The notes beneath the pieces are model-generated. The model worked only from the letters and a program-made list of their open reading frames with translations. It made no database searches and was not told where the DNA came from. DNA of 63,203 nt, counting the filler, from Lenisia limosa (Eukaryota > Protista > Breviatea), in the NCBI GenBank assembly GCA_001655205.1. It is 10 parts of 10 records of this genome, joined end to end, with 100 filler letters (N's around TTAATTAATTAA, not from the genome) between each part and the next. Parts side by side here need not be neighbours in the genome. Positions count along the whole stretch, not along the records: positions 1 to 4,776 come from LPNZ01008496.1; positions 4,877 to 11,610 come from LPNZ01004419.1; positions 11,711 to 17,245 come from LPNZ01006926.1; 7 more parts are not named here. One strand, 5' to 3'. A program made the translations under genes and the position numbers. Below are positions 1-11,804 of the stretch, one piece after another; within the stretch, counting starts at the first letter, position 1; every line of letters starts with the position of its first letter.

Positions 1-3000
1 AGTGTTCAGCCCTCATATGGGAAACTTGGCGGCAACAAGGCCTCTCAGTGCTCAACAGTCTGTTTGACGTCGACCTCGGCTTCATTCAGCATCAGCTGCT
101 CAAAAAGGACTGTGTGCAGCGAAATGAGTCTCTCAAAAAGGTTAGGTTCTTTCACTTTGGACAAGGGCTTCACTTTGGTTCGAAAATATCGATAGTGTTC
201 GAGGATTTATTGAGAAAGTCCGTCTTTTTTCGAACCGAAGTGAAGCCCTACTCTGGACCCCCCAAAAATTCCCCTTGAGTTTTGCTCCGCTTGCTCGAAG
301 CCCCTGGTACATGTAGGGCCTCACTTCGGTTCGAAAAAACACTAAATTTCTCGATAACTCCTCGAAACCTATCGATATTTGACCGGTCGTTTTCAAACTG
401 AAGTGAAGCCCTGGTTACAGGGTGAGGCCCTTTTGGAATATCAATGCTGGATTTGGACAGTAAGTCTAATACGCTATTCTGTTTGAAAAAAGATTTTTGG
501 CGATTATCACACTCAATTCTTACTTCCAAGGAAATCAAGCAAACGTCAAACGAGCATGTTCCATTAGGCCATATTGATATGCCACAAGTGTGCTGGGCTT
601 CTCTCACGTCTAATAGGCCTGGTGAAAGGCTTTGTTTATGAAGGGTCATTGGTGGTACATTTAGGGTTTCCGTACGATCCCCAAAAGATTCCAGATAAAT
701 CCTCGATAAATATTGATATTTACCCGGTCTTTTTCGGACTGTAGGGAAGTCCTAGACATTATAGCGAGACATGTGTTCTTTGTGGTTCTGAAGTGAAATG
801 TATACTACATTCAATATAGTGTTTTACCGTATCGTTTGAAAATTACATTCATATCATATGCATACTAGTGTATGCCTAGTGACCTTCGAATTCGTCTAAA
901 TTTCAAGTGTGTATTTTTTTTACATGAGTAAATGAACTGTTGATAGGTTTTCTTCACTATTAACATTTACCCAGGCTTTCACGGACTACAAAGCATCAGC
1001 AAACATTTTGTACGACCACTCCTTCAGGGCCATGGCTCAATTTCAGGTTTTTTTGTTTTGCTAATACAGAAATCTGCTGAAAAATCCCGTTTTGTTGCTT
1101 CGGTCATTTGCCAAGAAGGGCACAATGAGGACGGCTCAGTGGGTGGTTTCCAAGTCGAACTTCTAATCCCTTCTCTGCTCTTCTTCGTAACTTGATCGTT
1201 CGACCTACTTGAGAGAGCTTTGCTTCTAATTACCCCTGGTGTTAGATTATAGTCATAACATATGAATTACACTGACCGGGATAAGTCTTGACCGATTTGG
1301 GAAATAATAGAAAACCGGACAAGACTTGTTTCGTTCACTGCCAACCCCACTCCTTATTGCAGATTACATCAATATTTGATCCAAAAATATTTCTCACCGG
1401 ACAGGCTCGCGATTTTGACCGGGAAACGGTAGCGTACCTGTCACGGCTGGACCTTGAAAAAACGGCCGTCTTCATAGCTGCAGACCATGGCTTGCATTAT
1501 GGGTAGGGGGCTGGCTTAAGGATAATGTTTAATTCTGGNNNNNNNNNNNNNNNNNNNNNNNNNNNNNNNNNNNNNNNNNNNNNNNNNNNNNNNNNNNNNN
1601 NNNNNAGTTATATGAACTTTTGTTTTTTTACAGTAAAGTCTCTATTGAAACTAGGCTCATAGAGATCCGGTGGTTTTGGGTGGCGGGGAAGGGGCATAGG
1701 TAAGAAGAACACTGAATTATATGACAAATCTTTTGAAAGGGTGATATTCATATTATTATAAAAACACTCCAGCTTTTCCCTTCCTAACGCTATTATCAGA
1801 TACCATCTCCTGACGGAAGAAGGGGCAATTGAGCACAAGTTCCCCGTCCTTCTCTCCATCCTCCCAGACGCGCTCATGAGAAAGTAAGACCATTTCTGCT
1901 TGCCACAATTAGAGCTTCACTTCGGTTCGAAAAAAGACTGAATTTCTTAATAAATCCTCGAAAACTACCGATATTTTACAGGTCTTTTTTGAACCGAAGT
2001 GAAGCCCGAACCAGAATGCAATATAGTTTTTCATTCCTTATGCTTTTTCCTATTGCCTTTTGTTGCATCACCTCTTTTGAATATTGGCAAATCTATATTC
2101 CTGCTGTTCTGCTTTGATCAGTGTTTTCCAACCTCCTTTGGTCAATGGTACTTTTCTGATTTCTTTTATCGCACCCTTTTGAAGGGTAACTAAGGCTTCC
2201 CTACAGTGACACCCCCTCCCTCCTCACAACACCCCGCTTTTCTAGTTTGACCGTTGACTGCTCGTGTTATTGTTTTTTTTTTTGTTTGTTGGAGTTTCAG
2301 AATATTCGATTCGTGATTAGTACCTTTACGCCAATATTCTTCATCTACATTTCCTTCGTTTTACCGTTGATTTTGGGTTTTTTTGTTTCATAAATTTTCC
2401 AATCCCCCCCTCCCTCTCACAAAACAAAACTGAATGTCTTGATAAATCTCGATAAGTATCGATATTCTACCGTTCTTCTCGGACTGTAGGAAAGATGTTA
2501 ACAGAACCCAGATACCCCGACATGCACACTTCGTTGCAAGATAACCAGGACAAGCTTGTTACCGGCTTCGACTTTTATGAGACCCTGAGACACATTTCAT
2601 CTGCTGATATGAGAGTACCTGAGTTTGACAATGCCGATATTGGCCAGAGGTGTGAGGTAGTACATGACCATATGACACTATACGTTCTTGATAACATTTG
2701 GGAGGCTGTCATAACACTTACTCCTTGAGAATTGAACGACTTCAATGCAGGGCTTCCCTACGGTCCCCAAAAAGACTGAATTTCTCGATAAATATCGATA
2801 TTTTGACGGTCTTTTTCAGACCGTAAAGAAGCCCTCTTCTATCTATCGACACAGGAATAAAAAAAAAATACAAAATCAATAATTGAAGAGGCACACAGAA
2901 AACTATGTGCACAGAGTTGTCATGCAAATGATTGGGTGATTAATTTATTATCCTATCATCTATTATCTCTTATTAGCGTGATGGTGTGGACGGCTTCGGC

Positions 3001-3302
3001 CCCTGTTTTATGTTTCATCTCTANNNNNNNNNNNNNNNNNNNNNNNNNNNNNNNNNNNNNNNNNNNNNNNNNNNNNNNNNNNNNNNTCAGTTAACAAAAA
3101 TGGCATGTGCCCTGATAGCTTTATTGTAACACATTCCACATTACTACCTACAGCCTCCTCACTATGTAGTTTGTTTACACCCATCCTGTCTGAACGGTCC
3201 TGTAAAACGGCTGGTATCCCCTCAACCCTCTGCTACTGCGAAGGGTCTTGGACCGACTTTTCTTTCAACGATCAAGGTGACCTTGGTGGCTACTATTCTT
3301 AA
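1..3302 (+). CDS. DUF229-like (alkaline phosphatase/sulfatase superfamily) protein, multi-exon, 5' partial
   Basis: GT-AG exons give DRETVAYLSRLDLEKTAVFIAADHGLHYG, EGAIEHKFPVLLSILP, LQDNQDKLVTGFDFYETLRHI and SLFTPILSERSCKTAGIPSTLCYC, with stop TAA at 3300-3302. Motif order matches the DUF229 C-terminal half from memory of the family; no search run. Confidence 0.7.
165..248. mobile_element. Tourist/PIF-Harbinger-like hairpin MITE (family D), ~85-140 bp
   Basis: TIR of about 25 bp, GGGCTTCACTTCGGTTCGAAAAAGAC...GTCTTTTTCGAACCGAAGTGAAGCCC. Other copies at 316-411, 664-752, 1912-2007, ~2430-2495, 2750-2834, 14128-14223, 30068-30160, 52346-52435 and 55567-55703. Confidence 0.8.
1636..1700 (+). repeat. 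Small dispersed intronic repeat (family F)
   Basis: GTCTC..GAAACTAGG(C)TCATA(G/A)AGATCC...TTGGGT..GGGG occurs here and again at ~14665-14720. Confidence 0.45.
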
Positions 3303-4463
3303 AATATGGATTTTGTATTTAATTCTTGAACCTCTGATCCTCTGATGGTTGACTTTTTCCTCATCATATCGACTTCCATATCCCCCACACCCATCTAAGC
3401 CACAGTATCAATCCTATAANNNNNNNNNNNNNNNNNNNNNNNNNNNNNNNNNNNNNNNNNNNNNNNNNNNNNNNNNNNNNNNNNNNNNNNNNNNNNNNNN
3501 NNNNNNNNNNNNNNNNNNNNNNNNNNNNNNNNNNNNNNNNNNNNNNNNNNNNNNNNNCAAAACTGAACCCTCTTTGCGAGTCACTTTCTTTTAAAAAGGT
3601 GGGCCGTCTGTGCCCCCCCCCCTCTTTTTGTTACCAGCATACATACAATATTATTCGCAAAAGGGTTTCACTTTGGTCCAAAACAAAAAGCTCAAAAAAA
3701 GTTCATCAGAATGGCTTCAAGGATCAGCGGCAGAGGGCCTTTGCTTTTGATGCAGACCATGAAGCTTGATGATTGATCTATAAACACTAAAATAGTATTG
3801 AAAGCCCTTCTCTATCTGTCACCTCCAATGCGATTCTGCCGGTACTGACAAGTGTGAGTCCAATCGATCGTAAGTTGAGTACAAGCAACAAACACCCAAA
3901 ATATTTCGCTGTATCCAGGCTCACCTTGAAGTCGGCGTCAGACTCATTAGGTTTTCTCTCAGAGCTGCTTTTCCCAGCACTGCTACAACTTTCTTTGTAA
4001 CAGGAATTCATCTTCATTGGCACACTGTACAACCTTACTTACGTTGCTTCTCCTTCTGTTGCTTCTGTTTCTGCTTCTTCATCTGAAGTAACCCCTTTCA
4101 AAACTAGATTCAACATCATCAGACGCATCACTACACCGCATCACTACACCGCTTCTTCCTTGGGGTTTCAAATTGGTAGTAATCTTCGACCTCGTAAAAA
4201 CCGATCATTTCGCCGCAATGTACTAGTTTTCGGCATTTCGACTCAATTGATATTTGATTTGCACCAATTTTAGCTTATCCAGCCCCACATTATCGCTATT
4301 TTCACTTAGTATTGCATGTTTTCCCAATACTTCAGAAAAACTGGTGAACCATCATGCAGTTTTTCTGCATTTTGACTTCAACTTATGAAAATGTTGGAAG
4401 AGGAGGCTTTGACAAAGCTTTTCAGCTTTTGAACCACCTCGAGAGAGAGACGAACCACACGAC

Positions 4464-4776
4464 ATGCTGTATTCTGGATTATTATCACGAAAGATGCTGT
4501 GTTCTGGATTGTTGTCATTAAGATGCTGTGTTCTGGATTATTATCACGAGAGATGCTGTGTTCTGGATTATTATCACGAGAGATGCTGTGTTCTGGATTG
4601 TTAATACGAAAGATGCTGTTCTGGATTATTATCACGAAAGATGCTGTGTTCTGGATTGTTATTACGAAAGATGCTGTGTTCTGGATTATTATCACGAGAG
4701 ATGCTGTGTTCTGGATTATTATCACGAAAGATGCTGTGTTCTGGATTGTTATTACGAAAGATGCTGTGTTCTGGAT
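4464..4776. repeat. 30-bp minisatellite, about 10.4 copies, running into the contig end
   Basis: Unit ATGCTGTGTTCTGGATTATTATCACGAAAG with variants; no unique spacers. Confidence 0.95.
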
Positions 4777-4876
4777 NNNNNNNNNNNNNNNNNNNNNNNN
4801 NNNNNNNNNNNNNNNNNNNNTTAATTAATTAANNNNNNNNNNNNNNNNNNNNNNNNNNNNNNNNNNNNNNNNNNNN
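4777..4876. other. Artificial contig-joining linker (first of 9 identical linkers)
   Basis: 44 N + TTAATTAATTAA (stops in all six frames) + 44 N. The same 12-mer core, in similar N-flanked linkers, starts at 4821, 11655, 17290, 29285, 45395, 50641, 52529, 56794 and 61711. Gene structures break off at several of them. Confidence 0.97.
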
Positions 4877-5759
4877 AACAGTCGTACATGCGACCAAATA
4901 TAATGATTGACTATTCCCTCCTAACCCTCTAGTTTCCTTTGATTTCTGTCATTCAGTCTAGCAAGTCGAAACAGCTTGCGTTTATCGGAATTGCGGAAGT
5001 GGGCTTCTTGCATTTTATTTTCATAATTGGTGACAATAGCCAGAAAATACATTAAATACTATCTTGAGAGATATGCACATATGTCTATACACAACATGCT
5101 ATAAATTTTACAGAGATGATAAATAAAAACAAGGGAGCATCTGACCGAAAATTCCCACACCTTCACGCATATTAGCGATATTTGAAAATATTCATCCTTA
5201 TATTTGCTTATCGCTGTGTATACGGGTATCTTTGTGATTCCTACAATTTCATCATTGTTTAGAAAGTTAAGCCGCAGCTGCTCAAGATACAAAATTGCCA
5301 GGTTTGCCTGAAAATCTTTGTTGAGATGTGTCTATTCAAATTTTTTCTTATTTTCAGTTTCCATGTTTAAGCAGTTTTTTTTTCTTCTTCTATTCTCAGA
5401 ATTGCCGGGTTTTTTTAATATTCTATGAGACATTTTCAGTCATTTTTCTTGAGTAACACTTGAGCAATGCCTTTGTGATCATCAAAATCCTCTATTTTCC
5501 AGCTTAGAAAAAATGCCTTTTCGCGGGATTTTCGCGGGAAAAAACCCAGCATTTTCCCGGGGTTTTCGGGGGGAGACAGTATTTTGGAGGATTTTTGCGC
5601 TTCGCGCCGCTCTGTAACATTTTATTTCCCATTTTTTGTTCTTGAAATGTGGAACGCCAGTTTTTGAATATTTTTTTTGCGGAGCGGCTTTTGACAAAAC
5701 AAAAGGCAGTTTTCGCGAAATTTTATGGAAATTCTGGGAACGCTGCGCGGGTAAATTGT

Positions 5760-6800
5760 TTGTATGATTAAAATCTAACTTTTCCCAGGGATTGACATTT
5801 GAAGAACTCCTTAGAAAAGGTGGGAGAAAGTAATCGCGTAATCAGATCGTGGTTAATAACAGATGGGAATTAATAATATAATTGGACTACAATTGTAAAC
5901 CTGATATTACCGATTAGAAGAAACTTTGAAAGATATAGTGGATTCAGATTTCTGTTATTTACAGAAAATGTAATAGCTTCACTTTCGGTTCCAAAGTACT
6001 GGAGTTATTATTTGGGGTCTGTGTTATTAAATTTTTGAGGAAAGATTGAAAAAATTTGAAATATATAACTGTGCATGAAATTGGTTTCTTCCAATATTTC
6101 CTACTTAACTTTTGATTAAGTAATTGCTCTGAGCACAGTTATTATCAATTTTATCCAGAGAATTAGTCTTTTTGGAATCGAAAGTGAAATCCGCCTTGAG
6201 TGAAGCTCCACTCTTGAAATATTGAATACTTAATCACAACAGGCGAAACTGTCAAATACACAGAATCATCAATTGAAGAAGAAATTTGTTCTGGTATGAT
6301 TTACTGTACAATTGAAAGCCTTATCACAGATCTTAATACTTTTTCAGATACTGAAGACACTGAAATTGGAGTGTGGTGCAACGGAGGCACAGGTTAGCTA
6401 TGAATAATATGTCAAATTGTTGAGTAGAACAACAGGCCTGGCATTGTGAATTTGGTTGTATTCAACCCCCATGATTTTTAATTTTATAAACTTTGCTAAC
6501 AAAGCTGATTCTATTATTTATCTTGATACAATTTCCTATTAGTTTTCAAATCTGACTGAAGATTAACAAAATAGAAACTGCTGTTGTCTTCCATGGAATC
6601 CTAAAAATATACAAAAGATCACAGGTATGATGGTAGTCCGCTGTAAATTGAAAGCTTTCCGTCTAATTTCATCAGAAGGAAATCGATGCGCACCTGTTTT
6701 GGTCTGAACACCCAAACTCGATTGGGTTAAAACCGGTAAGATTTACTGTTTGTAATAGTGATTACTTATTCAGAACCATTTGTTATAGTTTTAATGGTCT
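5760..6800 (+). pseudogene. Decayed multi-exon gene of unknown product with very short introns
   Basis: Series of short exons bounded by AG/GT (GLTFEELLRK; DTEDTEIGVWCNGGT; CCLPWNPKNIQKIT), with stops in some reconstructed exons. Confidence 0.35.
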
Positions 6801-6826
6801 ACACGTAATATTAACCATATAATATT

Positions 6827-6902
6827 CAGCGACCGCGATAAGTCTTGACAGTTTTCCATAAGAAAATCATATTATATCGGTCAAGACTTATCCTGGTCAC
6901 TG
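6827..6902. mobile_element. Tc1/mariner-type (Stowaway-like) micro-MITE (family E), ~70-75 bp
   Basis: TIR CAG(T/C)GACCGGGATAAGTCTTGACCGA...TCGGTCAAGACTTATCCCGGTCACTG. Copies at 1270-1340, 6827-6902, ~30956-31035 and 39894-39966; the last is flanked TA|CAGTG...CACAG|TA. Confidence 0.7.
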
Positions 6903-8531
6903 TAGGTATGACTATATGTAGTATGTTGGAGAATCACTATTTTCACATTCCTTGTTCAAAATTTTTTGAGCACAACACTCTATCATTGATTCCTACATTT
7001 TTTACCCTCATTCATAAGGAAATGTATATTGTATGATATATAATAGATATATATGTAGAAAAAAAAATTGGAATGGTCAGGGTAGGTAGCAATATAGCAT
7101 GTTCCTGCTTCAGGAAAAATATGCTCGTCGTAAATACAAGAAAGAGAGGGACTTCTAACGAAAGCAAAGGAAAGGATAGTAACTCTTTAACGCTACACTG
7201 ACATTTTAACTAGTTTAATCATTTAGTATTGAAGTAATTGGATTAAACGTAAGGGACACCGCCTTAAAAAAGAACTAAATCCTCCAGTGCGATTTGATTA
7301 TTGAAATTAGGTTTTTAAATTTAGATTATTATTTCTGAAGTTTAAGGCCTTCAAATTAGGGATTTAATTATTATTATTTTTAGATTTTTTTTTTTTTTNN
7401 NNNNNNNNNNNNNNNNNNNNNNNNNNNNNNNNNNNNNNNNNNNNNNNNNNNNNNNNNNNNNTCCCCCATTTTGGTTCATCATAAACATCATAACTATCAT
7501 CAAAAAGTCAGACAAACCAGTCCTAGGCTCATTTTGCTCACGAGCATTCGCAGAAGGACGCCTGTCTCTCTTCAGGGGGCTCCCAACAATTCCTCGACAG
7601 TGCCTTCATCGTCACTTGAACTTTGAGCCATGATTTTAACGTTTAAAAAAAACCCAAAAATCTAAATTTAAATTAGGGATTTATCTTAAAATCCTATAAT
7701 TCAATTTCAATTTTCTGAATTTAGGAAAAAAACAAACTCAAAAAACCTACATTTCAAAATTTAATCCCACTAATCCAACTCAACATTTATTCAAAGCAAG
7801 CTCTGCTGCTTTGTTCTTGGCAAGTTCATGGCGTCTCAAAAGATGTGAAACTTTGGAACTTCGTATTTATACGCAAACACGCAGACAAACAGCTAAACTC
7901 CTTTTAATCTCCAAAAGCTCAACAAGTAGTGTTTTGCGGGTGAGACAAAGCCTTTTGAGGGCTAACTCTAGTCGAACTCCTCTAAAAATTTATTCTGACT
8001 GCACTTTTAATTGAATATAGAAAACATAAGGAAATCAAAAGGTGTTCAGAGCAGAAACTGGAACACGTCATAATTTACCATTCCATATCGGCTAAAAAGT
8101 AATACCAGTACGATTACGTAAACAAAAACATGGCTGTAGTATATTATAATTGTTTATTTATTTAGGTCCATCTTGGTGGTTGGTTCACAGAAAAAGAAAA
8201 GTCTCATGCCATTGGGCCATATCATGCACTTGAAGGGGCTACTTTTGTCTCCGAATCAAATAAGAAGGTAATCAAGATAGAGTGATTATTTTTAAATGTT
8301 CCCAATTTCTTGATAACAAATTTTGACTTTTCGACCTTCAATAAATATAAACCAAAAGGAAGTACTATTTTGAGCGACCCAAAGATTGAAACAGTTTCAG
8401 TCTGTGAAAACGCTGTATTCTGTAGGAAAATTAATTTTCAAATAGTAAACTATCAGAAATTTCAACTATATGCAAAACGATATATTATATATCATACCCT
8501 ATATGATATACTATACTCTGTACGTACATAC

Positions 8532-9986
8532 TATATGCTGCGGCGCAGAAATCCCGGCGTTAATTCGATATCCCGGCGTTAATTCAAATAATTTCGAAAG
8601 ATATAAAAATAAGGTATCCCTGATAAATATTGTTTTGTTACCGAATTTTAAGATTCAGGCAAAGTAGAGCAAAAACAGTAATACCGAAAATATCTGGCAA
8701 ATCTGGGGTAACCCGTGATATGAGAGGTACAAATCTGCATTGTTTTCTTCAAATAAATTACCTTTTTTCCAGTAGTAGTGATTTTGGTTGTGTTCTTCTT
8801 CACTTTTGGAGTCATTTGCTTTTTTTTCAGCTTATCAATTATTTCAGCAGTTGGGCCAACGACCCCACCCAGATCGGGTGGATTCTTCTTTTTTGCAGAT
8901 TCCTTCAGTTCCTCGGGATTTGAAATAAACTAAAACATTAACGGAAATTATTAATTAAACCTGTCCTGGATTAATAACGGCCACCTCCTCTCCCTTTTCT
9001 AAAATGTAGTACTTCACCGGTTAGCCTTAATAACAGCCTATGATGGTTCTCTTAATGACTTAGCAATGATTGCAGCAACCTCGTAATCTTTCATATCACT
9101 ACAGTAATTAAAATTGTTTTAAAAATCCATACCGCTTCGAATTGACTGAAAGATATTTCATTAGCTCGAGCGCCTGGTGTTGAGTCTTCTAAGCACTGAA
9201 CAACACTTTCAATTAATTCTTTTGCAGATTTCTCGTTCATTTTTGAACCTAAATCTAAAAGGTTAAATTTATGTAAACCATTATCTCACCTTTTTAGGAT
9301 CATAATCAAGCTTCAATTCTTTTGTTGCTGACGAAAGGCAACATTTGTAAACTGGGTCATAGTCTCTATCATATTTTGATCGAGCCATCAGTCATCAACT
9401 AGTTGCACATATCTATTATAGTTGTCATTCGTTGATTTCGGAATAATAAAGGCACAATCGCTTACAGAATCCAAACGAGTAAACCAAAGTTCAGGATCAC
9501 GATTGTGCCATGCTGCACAGGCTTTATTCATAGAAATTAATAATGCAAATGAAACCCTCACTAACCTTCAAATTGGAATTTACGCTGTTCACAGGCGGCT
9601 TGGTCCGGTAGAGTACACAATTCGGCCAAATTATTCTCAACACAGCAAAGAGCTTTTCCAAAAAAGAAATCAAGAAATCAATAGTAGGCTATCTCAGCTA
9701 TCAGAATTGGACAAAAAATAATTTCACTGAAAAATATTCTATCCTAATAAAACTCAAACTTTAAAAAGACCTGAAACATTCAAAAATATTTCTCAGAAGG
9801 GGGGGAACTGAATATTTTTCTTTGAAAACCGAAATATCCCCGATAAACACACTACTATCTTACAGGTGTTTTGTGAAAACTAGAGCTAATGAGGATCTAT
9901 CAGTGATGTTTTTGTATTTTCGAATGGCTATTGAATGAACGGCGGGATATCGAATTAACGGTGGGATTTCTGCGCCGCAGCATATA
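8532..9986. mobile_element. 1.45-kb TIR DNA transposon (TATA|TGCT...AGCA|TATA) carrying a degenerate intron-containing gene on the minus strand
   Basis: The left end TATATGCTGCGGCGCAGAAATCCCGGCGTTAATTCGATATCCCGGCGTT matches the reverse complement of 9938-9986 (TATATGCTGCGGCGCAGAAATCCCACCGTTAATTCGATATCCCGCCGTT). Internal minus-strand exons have GT-AG introns and in-frame stops. Confidence 0.85.
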
Positions 9987-10161
9987 CAGTTGTATAAGAC
10001 AATTTTATGATATACATCATTAGTATTAAATTATATTGTAAGATTATAATAAACCTTATGTAATTGTTTTATACTAAATATAATATGTACACTATATGAC
10101 ATACTATATGATATAGATTATAATAAACCTTATGTAGTTGGCTTTTTTTGAGATCCATTAA

Positions 10162-11044
10162 TTGACATCAAAGGCATTCGTAATTGAGTGTCAAAACCCT
10201 GATTCGGCGGACATCACCTTTCTCAACCACTGTGTGGAGGAAAAGGGCCCCGATCCTTCAAAAATGGTTTTGTTTCCATCTAGACAATACAAACGAGCTA
10301 TCCTCCGCGCTTTTAAACTCAACATCAAAAGCAAATGCTGTGTTGAATTTGTGGAATTCGATGAGAGTACAATGAAAGACCCCGACCACTTCTTCCGAGT
10401 TTTCCCTAAAAAGAAAATTCTGGCAAAACCCGAAGTCACAGCAGTACGTATTATGGCTGGAGACAAGGAAGTCGTAATGAAAAGTAGGATATTCGGCTTT
10501 TTAACACCATTTACATCAAACACCCGGCTATCGGAATCATTTAGCTACATAATGCTTGAAATAATAATATTAAAAAGAATCAACCGCTCCTACCAATGTA
10601 AAACTTTTATTGCCCACTTTTTTACCCCCCCCCCCCNNNNNNNNNNNNNNNNNNNNNNNNNNNNNNNNNNNNNNNNNNNNNNNNNNNNNNNNNNNNNNNN
10701 NNNNNNNNNNNNNNNNNNNNNNNNNNNNNNNNNNNNNAACGTATTGCGACAGTCAAGGGAGACAATCAGATATTCCGGGATGTCGCTGTTTTTCACTAAC
10801 TTTGAAAAACGACCAAATTTTTAGCCTATTCAAAAAGGCTGGTCTACTCGAAGGGGCATCAGGGTCTCCGCTACTGTACATCACAACGCCAAATGTTCGT
10901 GGAGCAACTCAATTGAATATTGCTGTTGTTGGTTTCACTCAATCCCTCCTTGGAAAGATCGACAAGGAATGCGATAATGCTGACATAATTAAAATTTCGT
11001 TTGCTACTATGAAGGAAATGCATCACATGTTTGTTATGCACTAA
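10162..11044 (+). CDS. Hypothetical protein with a trypsin-like peptidase C-terminal motif, possibly a pseudogene
   Basis: Long open exon (KAFVIECQNPDSAD...PEVTA). The last exon has AGLLEGASGSPLLY, resembling the G-x-S-G-S-P nucleophile motif. The His and Asp triad residues were not identified and an N gap lies inside. Confidence 0.4.
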
Positions 11045-11159
11045 ATTCTTGAATATTGTCTCTTTTTTTAATATATGTTGAAAGGAAATAGTGGGGTTTT
11101 ATCACACCGGCGCATCAACTTGGGATCCCCTTGTATTATCATTGAGGTAAACTAATCAT

Positions 11160-11227
11160 AAATGGGGGTCTGACCGAAAATGACATCATCGATAAATGGG
11201 GGTCTGACCGAAAATGACATCATCGAC
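11160..11227. repeat. ~34-bp direct tandem duplication
   Basis: AATGGGGGTCTGACCGAAAATGACATCATCGA occurs twice. Confidence 0.9.
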
Positions 11228-11804
11228 TAGTTAATTTTCCATCCGTGATCTAATGATTTACACATTGACATATCCTCTAATCTTGTATAATATATGGGCA
11301 TTAAATGAAGAAAATTCTAAGTTGTTGTAGTCCAATTGTGCAACAAGATATTCTTGATGATGGTAGATGTGACAATCTTAGTCGTTAATTTTTAGTCTAA
11401 CTTCTCTACGACTTAATAAAAAAATATTTTGGCTGTATTCCATTTCTAAATTGATATACTTTTTGAAAAACATCGTTATAGAAGTGAAGGTCTGCTGAAC
11501 CACAGGGGGTCGGACCCCCATACGAAGTATATTCTGCCTCTATGGTAATATGAGTAAGGGTTGAGGTTCTGGGCCACTTTTTTTGAGACCAGTAATGTTT
11601 CTAAAAGCAGNNNNNNNNNNNNNNNNNNNNNNNNNNNNNNNNNNNNNNNNNNNNTTAATTAATTAANNNNNNNNNNNNNNNNNNNNNNNNNNNNNNNNNN
11701 NNNNNNNNNNGGGTAGACCTTAGATGGGGTTATATCTAATTGCTTCTCAATGGGGGATCTTGTCTTGCTTTGATAATTAGTCATGATGAACCACTTCAAA
11801 ACAG

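Noticed and set aside
4821-4832. Recurrent perfect palindrome-like TTAATTAATTAA as a biological motif
   Set aside because: It is always embedded in ~44-N flanks, has stops in all six frames, and coincides with breaks in gene structure, so it is an assembly linker.
4378-4832. Overlapping ORFs with 10-aa repeats; CRISPR-like array
   Set aside because: These are products of a 30-bp tandem repeat with no unique spacers and no cas genes. The same applies to the arrays at 34630, 38331 and 58687.
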